Shown: piece by piece, positions 45,171-54,665 of the stretch | How the letters are laid out: the number at the start of each line of letters is the position of its first letter | Position numbering within the stretch: position 1 is the first letter of the stretch | IMG/VR virus record: IMGVR_UViG_3300035682_000032 | Span: 649 to 64,648 of that record | Length of the DNA: 64,000 nucleotides | Strand: one strand, 5' to 3' | Source of the DNA: a virus | Taxonomy: Duplodnaviria; Caudoviricetes | Notes under the pieces: model-generated | What the model was told of the DNA's origin: nothing | Databases searched by the model: none | The model's input: only the letters and a program-made list of their open reading frames with translations | Made by a program: the position numbers and the translations under genes

Positions 45171-46127
45171 ATGAGCACTTCAGGCACCTCTATTTTTAAT
45201 CTCGAATTTACTGAGATCGCAGAGGAGTCGTGGGAGCGTGCTGGCCGCGAGTTGCGCACTGGCTATGACCTGCGCACTGCTCGTCGTTCAATGAATCTGA
45301 TGACTATTGAGTGGCAAAACCGTGGCATCAACATGTGGACGATTGAGCAAGGGGTGATCAACCTCGTGCAAGGCGTCAACACCTACGCGCTACCTAACGA
45401 CACCATCGACTTGATGGAACATGTCATTCGCACGGGTGCGGGCAATGTGTCTACACAATCTGATCTCTCGATCACGCGCATCAGTGTTTCCACGTACGCG
45501 ACAATCCCAAACAAGTTACAGCAGGCACGCCCAATCCAAATCTGGATTCAGCGCATGTCGGGCCAAGAAAGCCTGACTGCTGGCCTGTTGTCATCCACGA
45601 TCAATTCAACTGCTACCACTATCACCCTGAGTGACGTGACGGCTTTGCCAGCCGCAGGCTTCATCCGTCTGGACAGTGAGATCATCAGCTACGGGTACAT
45701 CACAACCGTTGTGGGCAGCACGCAAGGAACGCTCTCCAACTGTGGCCGTGGCCAACAAAATACTTTCCCTGCTGCGCATACCGCAGGGGCTGCGGTGTAT
45801 TGGCCTCAAGTGCCCGCTGTGACCGTCTGGCCGACCCCAGATCAAGGCACCGCAGCCGCACCCTACTACCAGCTTGCATACTGGCGCATGCGCCGCATCC
45901 AAGACGCTGGAGCAGGTGTTGAGACCGCAGACATGAACTTCCGGTTCCTACCCGCTGTAACGGCTGGTTTGGCCTATCACATTGCCATGAAGGTGCCCGA
46001 GTTGGAAAACCGCATCCCAATGTTGAAGGCCGCATACGACGAGCAGTTTGACTTGGCAGCAGGAGAGGATAGAGAAAAGGCTGCGATTCGGTTTGTGCCG
46101 CGCCGCTCCTACATTGGGGGTGGCTAA
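45171..46127 (+). CDS. putative head-tail adaptor with an inserted beta domain
   Basis: ARRSMNL..EWQNRG, VWPTPD, AGLAYHIA; TTITL...RGQQNT..AAHTAGAAV insert. Confidence 0.6.
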   Translation: MSTSGTSIFNLEFTEIAEESWERAGRELRTGYDLRTARRSMNLMTIEWQNRGINMWTIEQGVINLVQGVNTYALPNDTIDLMEHVIRTGAGNVSTQSDLSITRISVSTYATIPNKLQQARPIQIWIQRMSGQESLTAGLLSSTINSTATTITLSDVTALPAAGFIRLDSEIISYGYITTVVGSTQGTLSNCGRGQQNTFPAAHTAGAAVYWPQVPAVTVWPTPDQGTAAAPYYQLAYWRMRRIQDAGAGVETADMNFRFLPAVTAGLAYHIAMKVPELENRIPMLKAAYDEQFDLAAGEDREKAAIRFVPRRSYIGGG

Positions 46128-46516
46128 TGGGAAACCGTTTTGCCTCCGGCAAGATTGCAATTGCGATCTGCGACCGTTGTGGTTTTCAGTTCCGTCTGCG
46201 CGAGTTGCGCGAACTGATTATCAAGACAAAGCAGGTCAACATGTTGGTCTGCCACGATTGTTGGGAACCTGATCAACCTCAGTTGCAGTTGGGTATGTAC
46301 CCTGTGGATGACCCGCAAGCATTGCGGAACCCACGCAAGGATAATACGTACTACCAGTCGGGTACAACCGCAATTGGGTCGATTGGCGAAGGTAGTCGGA
46401 ACATCCAGTGGGGATGGAACCCTGTAGGAATGTCCCGAGGTTTTGACTCTGAACTTACACCAAATAACTTGGTGGGAGTCGGACAAATTGGTACAGTAAC
46501 GGTTGTGATCACATAA
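46127..46516 (+). CDS. zinc-ribbon protein
   Basis: CDRCG...VCHDCWEPDQPQ...DPQALRNPR. Confidence 0.65.
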   Translation: MGNRFASGKIAIAICDRCGFQFRLRELRELIIKTKQVNMLVCHDCWEPDQPQLQLGMYPVDDPQALRNPRKDNTYYQSGTTAIGSIGEGSRNIQWGWNPVGMSRGFDSELTPNNLVGVGQIGTVTVVIT

Positions 46517-46525
46517 GGAGTCATC

Positions 46526-46702
46526 ATGGACAAAAAGACAGTGAAGGCGATTGCCGACAAAGAAGTTTCAGCGCATGAGAAACGCATGCACAAAGGTGTG
46601 GCTAAGTTCGCCAAAGGTGGTGTAACTGGCTCGTCAATGAAGGCTTATGGCCGTAACGTAGCTCGCGCAATGAATCAGCGCGGCGCTGGTCGTGGAGGCT
46701 AA
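46526..46702 (+). CDS. 58-aa basic protein (absent from the ORF track)
   Basis: AAGGAG RBS; MDKKTVKAIADKEVSAHEKRMHKGVAKFAKGGVT... Confidence 0.7.
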   Translation: MDKKTVKAIADKEVSAHEKRMHKGVAKFAKGGVTGSSMKAYGRNVARAMNQRGAGRGG

Positions 46703-46703
46703 C

Positions 46704-46967
46704 ATGGCCAAGTACAGTCACAAAATGATGGGTAAAGAAGTTGGCGCTGCCAGCGTCTACGCCGAGCCACACACAATGAAGGGTAAGCCTGTCAAGATGT
46801 CAAGCAACCCCGGCAGTGGGCCAGATCACAGCAATTTAAACACTGTGAACATGTCTGTTGGAAACATCTACAAACGCGATGATGCTGGCCCCAAAACCAG
46901 CGGCATTCTTGTGCGTGGTGGCAAGGCTCAGACTAAGGGCAAAATGGCCCGTGGCCCCATGGCCTAA
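46704..46967 (+). CDS. small basic protein
   Basis: GGAGG RBS; ends VRGGKAQTKGKMARGPMA. Confidence 0.65.
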   Translation: MAKYSHKMMGKEVGAASVYAEPHTMKGKPVKMSSNPGSGPDHSNLNTVNMSVGNIYKRDDAGPKTSGILVRGGKAQTKGKMARGPMA

Positions 46968-46977
46968 GAGGTAGCTC

Positions 46978-47613
46978 ATGAACTACACCGAGTTGTGCAC
47001 CAACATCCAAAACATCTGCGAGAACGAGTTTTCTACGCAGGAGTTGGCTATGTTCACCGAGCAGGCTGAGCAGAAGATTTACAACACGGTGCAGATTCCG
47101 GCTATTCGCAAGAACGTCACAGGCGCGATGACGGCTGGTAACAAGTACCTCCAGATTCCGTCTGACTTCTTGTACGTGTATTCGCTGGCCGTGATCAAGT
47201 CCGATGGCGAGTATCACTACTTGATTGACAAGGATGTGAACTTCATCCGTGAAGCGTATCCACGGGACGTAACTGCTACGCGCACGACTCCCAAGTATTA
47301 CGCCATCTTCGATGCTTCTGCGTTCATTGTTGGCCCTACACCTGATCAGTCGTACAGCGCAGAGTTGCACTACGGCTATTACCCTGAGTCTATCGTCACA
47401 GCAGGCACCACATGGCTGGGCACTGAGTTTGATTCTGCTCTTTTGAACGGCGCACTGATTGAGGCTATTCGCTTCATGAAGGGTGAGCCTGACATGATTG
47501 CAGTTTACGAAAAGCTGTACGTTCAGGCACTCGGCCTCTTGAAGAATTTGGGTGACGGTAAGTTACGTACAGACACGTATCGCACTGTTCAAGTTCGCAA
47601 TCCAGTAAGTTAA
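46978..47613 (+). CDS. putative adaptor/tail tubular protein A-like
   Basis: MNYTEL...QAEQKIY...PKYYA...PTPD...LLNGALIEA. Confidence 0.65.
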   Translation: MNYTELCTNIQNICENEFSTQELAMFTEQAEQKIYNTVQIPAIRKNVTGAMTAGNKYLQIPSDFLYVYSLAVIKSDGEYHYLIDKDVNFIREAYPRDVTATRTTPKYYAIFDASAFIVGPTPDQSYSAELHYGYYPESIVTAGTTWLGTEFDSALLNGALIEAIRFMKGEPDMIAVYEKLYVQALGLLKNLGDGKLRTDTYRTVQVRNPVS

Positions 47614-47625
47614 GGAGTTTAGAAA

Positions 47626-48060
47626 ATGGCAATCACACAAGCAATGTGCACATCGTTCAAAGTTGGCATTCTTAGCGCCGATTTTGATTTTGATACAGGC
47701 ACAACTCAAGTTTTTAAAATCGCGTTGTTTACGTCAGCGGCTACGCTGAGCGCCGCTACGACTGCGTACAGCACATCTAACGAGGTTACCGGCACCGGTT
47801 ACTCTGCGGGTGGCAACATCCTAACGGTCAGTCAAGTACCCACGTCTTCGGGCACTACAGCGTTCATTGATTTTGCGGACACCACATGGTCAACGGCTAC
47901 AATCACTGCGCGTGGCGCGTTGATCTACTTGGCCAACGGTACAACTAACCCTGCGGTTGCTGTGCTGGACTTTGGTGGCGACAAGACTTCAACTGCGGGC
48001 AACTTCACCATTCAGTTCCCCGCCGCAGACGCGACCAACGCGATCCTGCGCATCGCCTAA
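47626..48060 (+). CDS. virion structural protein
   Basis: FKIALF...GTGYSAGG...ARGALIY...VLDFGGDK. Confidence 0.65.
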   Translation: MAITQAMCTSFKVGILSADFDFDTGTTQVFKIALFTSAATLSAATTAYSTSNEVTGTGYSAGGNILTVSQVPTSSGTTAFIDFADTTWSTATITARGALIYLANGTTNPAVAVLDFGGDKTSTAGNFTIQFPAADATNAILRIA

Positions 48061-48070
48061 CGGTGAGTAG

Positions 48071-48973
48071 GTGGCTGATGCAAAGGTAGCCTTTGAAGGT
48101 TGGGGTGCCTCGGGCGTTGCTTGGGGCTCCCAAGGGTGGGGTGTCGGCCATTCAGATGTAACTGCTACCGGCGAGGTCGGTACAGTTGCTGTCACCGCAG
48201 ACGCAAACGTCTACCCCTCGGGCCTTGAGGCTACGGGTCAGGTAGGCACAGTTGTCGTTGCTGCTGACGCAAATGTTTTTGTAACCGGGGTCTCCGCAAC
48301 GGGGGCCATAGGTACGGTCGTAGTGGTGGCCGAGGCCATCGTCTATCCCACAGGGGTATCCGCCACAGGTTTTGTTGGTGCTGTTGATGTTACAGGCGAT
48401 GCCATCGTATACCCCTCGGGGCTACAAGCCACAGGCCAAGTCGGTACTGTGGTGGTGCAAGCAGACGCTATTGTCCAAGTCACAGGAGTCGATGGCACAA
48501 CCCAGCTTGGCACTGTACAAGTCTCCGGCACGGCCAATGTCTTCCCCACAGGGGTATCCGCCACAGGCGCAGTAGGTACTGTCACCATTGTTGGTGAGGC
48601 GGTTGTTACCCCCACAGGCGTGTCTGCCACAGGTGAACTTGGCACCGTTACCGTCACAGGCACCGCTGAGGTCTATCCAACGGGCGTAGAGGCTACCGGC
48701 GCAGTTGGCCAAGTAACCTTTGCTCTGTCGATTGTTGTGAGCGTCACAGGCGTTTCTGGCACGATGGAGCTTGGAACTGTGGTAGCTTCTGGGGGCGCAA
48801 CAGCTACTCCAACTGGGGTTTCTGCCACGGGTGAAATAGGACAAGTAAATGTTTGGGGCCAGATAGATGACGGACAGTCAGCAAACTGGCAAAATATCAA
48901 TGATGCTCAAACACCCACATGGGTTGTTGTGGGTGATACGCAAACTGCGGGCTGGCAACAAGTTGTCACATAA
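48071..48973 (+). CDS. repetitive virion protein
   Basis: About 10 repeats of ~22 aa (PTGVSATGxVGTVxV). Confidence 0.65.
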   Translation: MADAKVAFEGWGASGVAWGSQGWGVGHSDVTATGEVGTVAVTADANVYPSGLEATGQVGTVVVAADANVFVTGVSATGAIGTVVVVAEAIVYPTGVSATGFVGAVDVTGDAIVYPSGLQATGQVGTVVVQADAIVQVTGVDGTTQLGTVQVSGTANVFPTGVSATGAVGTVTIVGEAVVTPTGVSATGELGTVTVTGTAEVYPTGVEATGAVGQVTFALSIVVSVTGVSGTMELGTVVASGGATATPTGVSATGEIGQVNVWGQIDDGQSANWQNINDAQTPTWVVVGDTQTAGWQQVVT

Positions 48974-48985
48974 GAGGGTAAACAG

Positions 48986-51900
48986 ATGACCACACAATAC
49001 ACACCAACGCTGAAATTGGCGCTCCCCGTCACCGGCGAACTCTCTGGTACATGGGGTGACGTTGTTAACGACAACATCACTTCGATGATTGAGCAAGCCA
49101 TTGCCGGTCTTGTAACGATCAACACTTGGACTGGTAACGCCCACACGCTGACCACAGCCAACGGTACGACTTCAGAGTCACGTTGTGCCATGCTCGTTGC
49201 AGCTACTGGTGGTGGCGCTCCAACTGCCGCTGCTGAAATCATTTGCCCTGCCGCAGCCAAGCTCTACGTGTTGCAAAACAACACGTCCTACGCTGTTACC
49301 CTGAAGACCTCTGCTGGTACAGGTGTGGCAGTCGCTGCTGGCAATACCGCATTCTTGTTCTGTGACGGCACAAACGTCAATTCATGCGTGACAACCATCG
49401 TTGATGGCAACATCACTGGTAATCTGACTGTGGGTGGTAACGCCACAATCAACGGCAACACCACACTGGGTAACGCGACAAGCGACACCATCACAGCCAC
49501 TGCACGGTTTAACACCGACCTGTTGCCCTCGACTGACAATGCTCGTGATCTGGGCGCTGCTGCAAACGCATGGAAAGACCTGTACATCGACGGCACTGCA
49601 ACGATGGCTCTGGTGGCCATCTCTGGTGGCACGATCAACGGTGTGTCGATTGGTGCAACAACTGCGGCCACGCTCATCAACGTAGACAACCTGCGTCTTG
49701 ATGGCAACACCCTGTCTTCAACCGACACCAACGGCAACGTGGTGATCGCACCCAACGGTACAGGCGACGTTCAACTGGACGCTGACACAGTGCGTGTTGG
49801 TGATTCTGCTGCCGCAGCCACCCTGACATCTAATGGTGCAGGCGCTCTCACGGTGACCACCGGTGGCGCTGCTGACCTCACACTGTCTACCAACTCAGGC
49901 ACAACCTCTGGTACTGTCGTGATTGCCAACGGCGTGAACGGCAACATTACTCTGACTCCTGACGGTACAGGCGATGTGATATTGTCTGCTGACCGCGTGC
50001 AGATCGGTGACTCAAACACTGACGCTACGTTGACCACCAACGGTACAGGTAGCTTGAACTTGACGACCAACAACGGTTCAAACTCAGGCACGATTCAGAT
50101 TGCTCAAGGCGTCAATGGCAACATCACGCTGACTCCCAATGGCACAGGTTCTGTGTCCGTACCAAAACTTGTTTGGAGCAATGGCACTGCGACTCGCGTT
50201 CCTTACCTGACTACCGGCGGTCAGTTTATTGACGACGCTGACCTGACGTTTGACGGTACGACTTTGAGTGTGGGTGGTTTATCAAACCCCGGCCTGAGCA
50301 CGTTGGTCAAGACATTGACACTTGGCAACACCAGCTTCAGCGGCACTGCTGTGTTTGCGCCCGCAACCCCCGCTAAGTTGTATATCGGTACTGGCACGGT
50401 GACGGATACAACCTCTGCTGCAAGTGCAACAAACGCAACAGGGGCAGTCAGTTCTTTGGCTATTACGCCAATTGCTGCGACTAACGCTTCGGTTACTTAC
50501 ACCAACGCATCGACCTTGTACATTGCAGGCGCTCCAAGCGCTGGCACAAACGTCACGATCACCAACCCATACTCACTATATGTGGCTGCTGGTGCGGCGT
50601 ACTTTGGAGGTGCTGTTACTTACGGCGCTGGCCTGACCCTTGGCGGCAATTTGCTGTTTAGTCCAGACGGCACATACGACATTGGCACAACAGGTGGTAA
50701 TCGTCCTCGCAACATATACCTTCAGGGTTTGACTACTGGCCGTGTAGCTTTTGTATCAACAAGCGGCTTGTTGGTTGACTCAGCTAACCTTTTGTACGCA
50801 GGGGCTGACTTGACCGTTTATGGCCTAAATGTTGGTCGTGGTGGTGGCGCTGTGTCTACCAATACTGCTTTTGGTGTTAGTGCTTTATCAAGTAACCTTA
50901 CTGGTACGGACACGACTGCTGTTGGTTATAGAGCATATCGTTATGGCACAGGCGTAAACAATGCGGCATTTGGCAGCAATGCGTTAGGCGCAGGGATTGT
51001 TACAGGCTCGGAAAATACTGCAATAGGACGAGCCTCTCTTCTTTTACATACAACAGGAAACAACAACACTGCCGTTGGTTCTTTAACGCTGGCCGCCAAC
51101 ACCACAGGCGGCAACAATATTGCAGTTGGCGTAGAAGCCCTTTACCTCAACACCACAGCATCAAGCAACGTGGCAGTAGGTTATCGTTCATTGTATGTAA
51201 ATACAACTGGAGCGCAAAACGTAGCGGTTGGTCAGCAAGCCCTACGAGACAATACCACTGCATCTGGCAATGTGGCAGTAGGTTATCAAGCGGCTATTAG
51301 CAACACGACTGGCGACATCGTTGCTTTTGGAAATAACGCCGCAAGATCATCAACTACTGCCGCATACAACAGCGCTTTTGGCAATCAGGCGCTTTATAAC
51401 AACACAGCGGGCGGGAATACTGCTCTTGGTTCAGTTGTTTTATACGCCAATACAACTGGTGTTGAAAACGTAGGTGTGGGTGGAAGTCTTCTTACCAGCC
51501 CTGCTTTGCGTAATAACACCACAGGGTCATACAACGTAGCCGTAGGCGCTGGTTCGTTAGCCTCCAACACCACCGGAAGTTACAGCGTTGCAGTTGGTTA
51601 TCAGGCGCTTCTTTCTAATACTACGGGACGAAATGTTGCCGTTGGCACGCAAGCACTCAATACAAACACAACTGGAACAGCAAATACGGGAGTGGGTGAT
51701 TCATCGCTTGCATACAATACAACAGGCTCAAACAATACTGCTTTAGGGTATTTGGCTCTTGCTTTAAACACCACAGCATCAGGCAACACCGCAGTTGGTT
51801 ATCAGGCGGCTTACTCAAACACCACTGGAACTAACAATAATGCATTTGGCAACCAAGCACTAAAATCAAACACAACGGGTGAAGGTAATACAGCACTTGC

Positions 51901-52981
51901 TGGGTCTGCGTTATTTGCAAATACAACTGGAAACTTCAACATTGCAATTGGACAGTCTTCTTTAGGCGCTAACACAACGGGCGCGGGCAATCTGTCTATT
52001 GGCTATGCGGCAATGAACGCCAGCACTACAGGTAGCCGAAATGTTGCAGTTGGTTCATTTGACGGTAGCACACTTCCTGCGCTGTACTACAACACAACCG
52101 GTGCAAGTAACATTGCAATTGGTGTTGGCGCTCTTAGAAACAATACTACGGCAAATTTGAATGTTGCAGTTGGCGACCTTGCCCTTGGCGGTAACACCAC
52201 GGGTACTACTAACGTAGCTGTTGGCGGGTCGGCTCTTACAACCAGTTCCACTGCAAGTAACAACGTAGCTGTTGGGTATCAAGCAGGTCTTCTTACTACA
52301 ACTGGTTACTCAAACGTATTTGTAGGTCGAACCACCGGATACAACACTACGACGGGGTATGACAACACGTTTATTGGTCAAGGTGCTGGGTACTCTGTAA
52401 CGACAGGATATTTGAACACGTTTGTCGGCTCAAATAGTGCCTTTTATTCCAGTGGTCAAAACATAACCACAGGCGCTAAAAACTCAATCCTTGGCAACTT
52501 CAACGGTAACCAAGGGGGCCTCGACATTCGCACTGCAAACAGTTACATGGTTATGTCCGATGGCGATGGCTATATTGGTCAGTATTGGAGAAACGTAGGC
52601 CCCGGCAACGCAATTGACTCGCGTCCCGGTCTTGACAACCATGCCATTTCGCGCGTTGGCGAATCAGGCTCTATCAACACTGGCTCAAGCGCAGTGATCA
52701 ACGTCAATGGTTACGGCGGCGATGGTTCTGGTGGTTTTATTTTGATTACAACTGCCGCCGCAGATGGCTCTGCTGGCTACGATACAACCAATATGTGTGC
52801 GCAAACGCATGGCAATACATACAACACCTACGGCTCGCTTAGTGTTTATTCTTCAGTCAATAGCATCACCATTACAAACCCAATTGCTGGTGCAACTACC
52901 ATCAGCAATAGTTCTGGTAAGACCATCAAATATCAAGCACGTTTCTTGAACTTGGGTTCTAAAGCCATCACACTCGCATAA
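48986..52981 (+). CDS. tail fibre/adhesin
   Basis: 1331 aa, G/T/N/A-rich. GELSGTWG N-terminus, NGNITLTPNGTG repeats, many NTTGxxNxAVGxxAL beta-roll repeats. Confidence 0.8.
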   Translation: MTTQYTPTLKLALPVTGELSGTWGDVVNDNITSMIEQAIAGLVTINTWTGNAHTLTTANGTTSESRCAMLVAATGGGAPTAAAEIICPAAAKLYVLQNNTSYAVTLKTSAGTGVAVAAGNTAFLFCDGTNVNSCVTTIVDGNITGNLTVGGNATINGNTTLGNATSDTITATARFNTDLLPSTDNARDLGAAANAWKDLYIDGTATMALVAISGGTINGVSIGATTAATLINVDNLRLDGNTLSSTDTNGNVVIAPNGTGDVQLDADTVRVGDSAAAATLTSNGAGALTVTTGGAADLTLSTNSGTTSGTVVIANGVNGNITLTPDGTGDVILSADRVQIGDSNTDATLTTNGTGSLNLTTNNGSNSGTIQIAQGVNGNITLTPNGTGSVSVPKLVWSNGTATRVPYLTTGGQFIDDADLTFDGTTLSVGGLSNPGLSTLVKTLTLGNTSFSGTAVFAPATPAKLYIGTGTVTDTTSAASATNATGAVSSLAITPIAATNASVTYTNASTLYIAGAPSAGTNVTITNPYSLYVAAGAAYFGGAVTYGAGLTLGGNLLFSPDGTYDIGTTGGNRPRNIYLQGLTTGRVAFVSTSGLLVDSANLLYAGADLTVYGLNVGRGGGAVSTNTAFGVSALSSNLTGTDTTAVGYRAYRYGTGVNNAAFGSNALGAGIVTGSENTAIGRASLLLHTTGNNNTAVGSLTLAANTTGGNNIAVGVEALYLNTTASSNVAVGYRSLYVNTTGAQNVAVGQQALRDNTTASGNVAVGYQAAISNTTGDIVAFGNNAARSSTTAAYNSAFGNQALYNNTAGGNTALGSVVLYANTTGVENVGVGGSLLTSPALRNNTTGSYNVAVGAGSLASNTTGSYSVAVGYQALLSNTTGRNVAVGTQALNTNTTGTANTGVGDSSLAYNTTGSNNTALGYLALALNTTASGNTAVGYQAAYSNTTGTNNNAFGNQALKSNTTGEGNTALAGSALFANTTGNFNIAIGQSSLGANTTGAGNLSIGYAAMNASTTGSRNVAVGSFDGSTLPALYYNTTGASNIAIGVGALRNNTTANLNVAVGDLALGGNTTGTTNVAVGGSALTTSSTASNNVAVGYQAGLLTTTGYSNVFVGRTTGYNTTTGYDNTFIGQGAGYSVTTGYLNTFVGSNSAFYSSGQNITTGAKNSILGNFNGNQGGLDIRTANSYMVMSDGDGYIGQYWRNVGPGNAIDSRPGLDNHAISRVGESGSINTGSSAVINVNGYGGDGSGGFILITTAAADGSAGYDTTNMCAQTHGNTYNTYGSLSVYSSVNSITITNPIAGATTISNSSGKTIKYQARFLNLGSKAITLA

Positions 52982-52990
52982 GGAAAAACA

Positions 52991-53425
52991 ATGTCTGCAA
53001 AAATCTCAATGATGCTGTCTTTACTGCCGCAATTTCAAAACTTTTCTAAGTGTGAAGTGGATGGCACGCCGTCAAATGAGCAAGAGTTTTTGGCCTCTGT
53101 TCGCATTTACAAACGAAACCCAGAAGGAGCCTCTGTTCCAGTTGCCTCCTCTGAGTGGGGCTTTACTTATGCTGAATTTTTGGCGCAAGAGCCTGTTTTG
53201 CAAACTTATGCAATGACTGAGTTGCGTAAAAAACGTGATGCGTTGTTGGTTGAGTCTGACTCTGTGACAATGAAGTGCATGTCTCGTGGCATGCCTATCC
53301 CAGACGAGTGGAAAGCATACCAAGAAGCCTTGCGAGACCTCCCTGCCAACAGCACGCCAGATTACGACGCCACGGGCGTTTTAACTGGCATTAACTGGCC
53401 TACCGCCCCCACAACTAAACCTTAA
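52991..53425 (+). CDS. tail fibre assembly chaperone-like protein
   Basis: LRKKRDALLVESD...WKAYQEALRDLP...WPTAP. Confidence 0.75.
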   Translation: MSAKISMMLSLLPQFQNFSKCEVDGTPSNEQEFLASVRIYKRNPEGASVPVASSEWGFTYAEFLAQEPVLQTYAMTELRKKRDALLVESDSVTMKCMSRGMPIPDEWKAYQEALRDLPANSTPDYDATGVLTGINWPTAPTTKP

Positions 53426-53436
53426 AAGGAAACATC

Positions 53437-53760
53437 ATGACCACTTTTACAACCAAAATCACGGCTATGTACACACTGCAACAGCCTGATCCTAACTATG
53501 TCGTTAACGCCCTCTGGGAAGTCACTGGCGTGGACGGCGCTAACACCGCATCCATCGGTGGCAACACGCAGTTCAACTCTGCTGACCAAGTAGGCACATT
53601 CATCCCTTACGATCAGTTGACAGAAGCAACCGTCATTGGTTGGATTCCTGAGTCAGCCATTACAAGCGCACAAGCCTGTGTGCAGGGTCAAATTGACAGC
53701 ATGATTACACCGCCTGTCAGCCCCCAAAACACACCGCTGCCTTGGGCACCTGCGGCATAA
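53437..53760 (+). CDS. tail-fibre-associated hypothetical protein
   Basis: FIPYDQLTEATVIGW...PLPW. Confidence 0.65.
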   Translation: MTTFTTKITAMYTLQQPDPNYVVNALWEVTGVDGANTASIGGNTQFNSADQVGTFIPYDQLTEATVIGWIPESAITSAQACVQGQIDSMITPPVSPQNTPLPWAPAA

Positions 53761-53815
53761 TGTTATGGGGTCTCGCCGCTGCCCCATCTCAGCGGTTGCA
53801 TAAAACGGAGTAAAT

Positions 53816-54019
53816 ATGACTGACCAAGAACTGAACGCTACGCCTATCAAACTGGAACTGCCCCTCGGTGCGGTGAATTTTGTTTTAGGCGCATTAGCTA
53901 AAGCCCCCTACGAGCAAGTTGCTGATCTGGTGCAAGCCATCCGCGAACAAGCTATGCCACAAGTGCCGATGCCGGACGTAAGCAATGAAGTTGCACAAGC
54001 CCCCTCAGACGCTGCCTGA
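53816..54019 (+). CDS. hypothetical protein
   Basis: GGAG RBS; VNFVLGALAKAPYEQV. Confidence 0.65.
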   Translation: MTDQELNATPIKLELPLGAVNFVLGALAKAPYEQVADLVQAIREQAMPQVPMPDVSNEVAQAPSDAA

Positions 54020-54197
54020 TGGCACGATAGAAGCAGCCCACGAGGTGGAGGCCGTGTGTCTCCACTGTGGTTACGACTTGGATGAGGCGGAGCTTGCCGC
54101 CGACACCTGCTCTGATTGCGGCAAACCGCTGGAGTTGAAGCAGAACGTGGCCATCCAAGTAACAACACTGCCCCCGATGTTTGGGGGCGTAATGTGA
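53985..54197 (+). CDS. small zinc-ribbon protein
   Basis: CLHCGYD...CSDCGKPL; overlaps the upstream gene by 35 nt. Confidence 0.55.
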   Translation: MKLHKPPQTLPDGTIEAAHEVEAVCLHCGYDLDEAELAADTCSDCGKPLELKQNVAIQVTTLPPMFGGVM

Positions 54198-54207
54198 GGA
54201 ATACGTC

Positions 54208-54663
54208 ATGGTTGACGTAACCAAAGCTATTGGGGCGATTGCCGCCAGTGTTGCCGCACTGGGCGGCAGTTACACGCTTGCTGATAAATTTGGTTGGTTT
54301 GATAGGGCAATCATTGAGTGGTCGCCTGAAAACTTCAAAATCGTGGCAGAAGCTGGCCAGCCAATAAACGTCACCGTTGCGCGAATTAAAAAACGTGACG
54401 ACTGCTCTGTTGAGAGCTTCACACCAAGCATCCGTGATGCAGCAGGAATGGTGCATGCAGCAACCACTACTGCCAGTAAATTCAGTGGCCCAGCAGGGCC
54501 AGAGATTGACACATTCACATATCAACTTACGATGGTGCAAAAAGAAAAGATTGCCAGCGGTAAGGCAACTTTGCTGGCGACCATCAAGTACAAATGTCCA
54601 GAAGGTGAGCGCGTTGTGCAGTACCCGCGCCACCCCAATTTAAGTTTTGACCTAAAGGGTTGA
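54208..54663 (+). CDS. membrane-anchored protein (lysis region)
   Basis: GAGGA RBS, N-terminal hydrophobic anchor, two Cys. Confidence 0.6.
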   Translation: MVDVTKAIGAIAASVAALGGSYTLADKFGWFDRAIIEWSPENFKIVAEAGQPINVTVARIKKRDDCSVESFTPSIRDAAGMVHAATTTASKFSGPAGPEIDTFTYQLTMVQKEKIASGKATLLATIKYKCPEGERVVQYPRHPNLSFDLKG

Positions 54664-54665
54664 CC

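Noticed and set aside
53758-53830. Stop-codon readthrough stimulated by the downstream pseudoknot
   Set aside because: Readthrough is out of frame with 53816 and hits TGA after about 20 codons.
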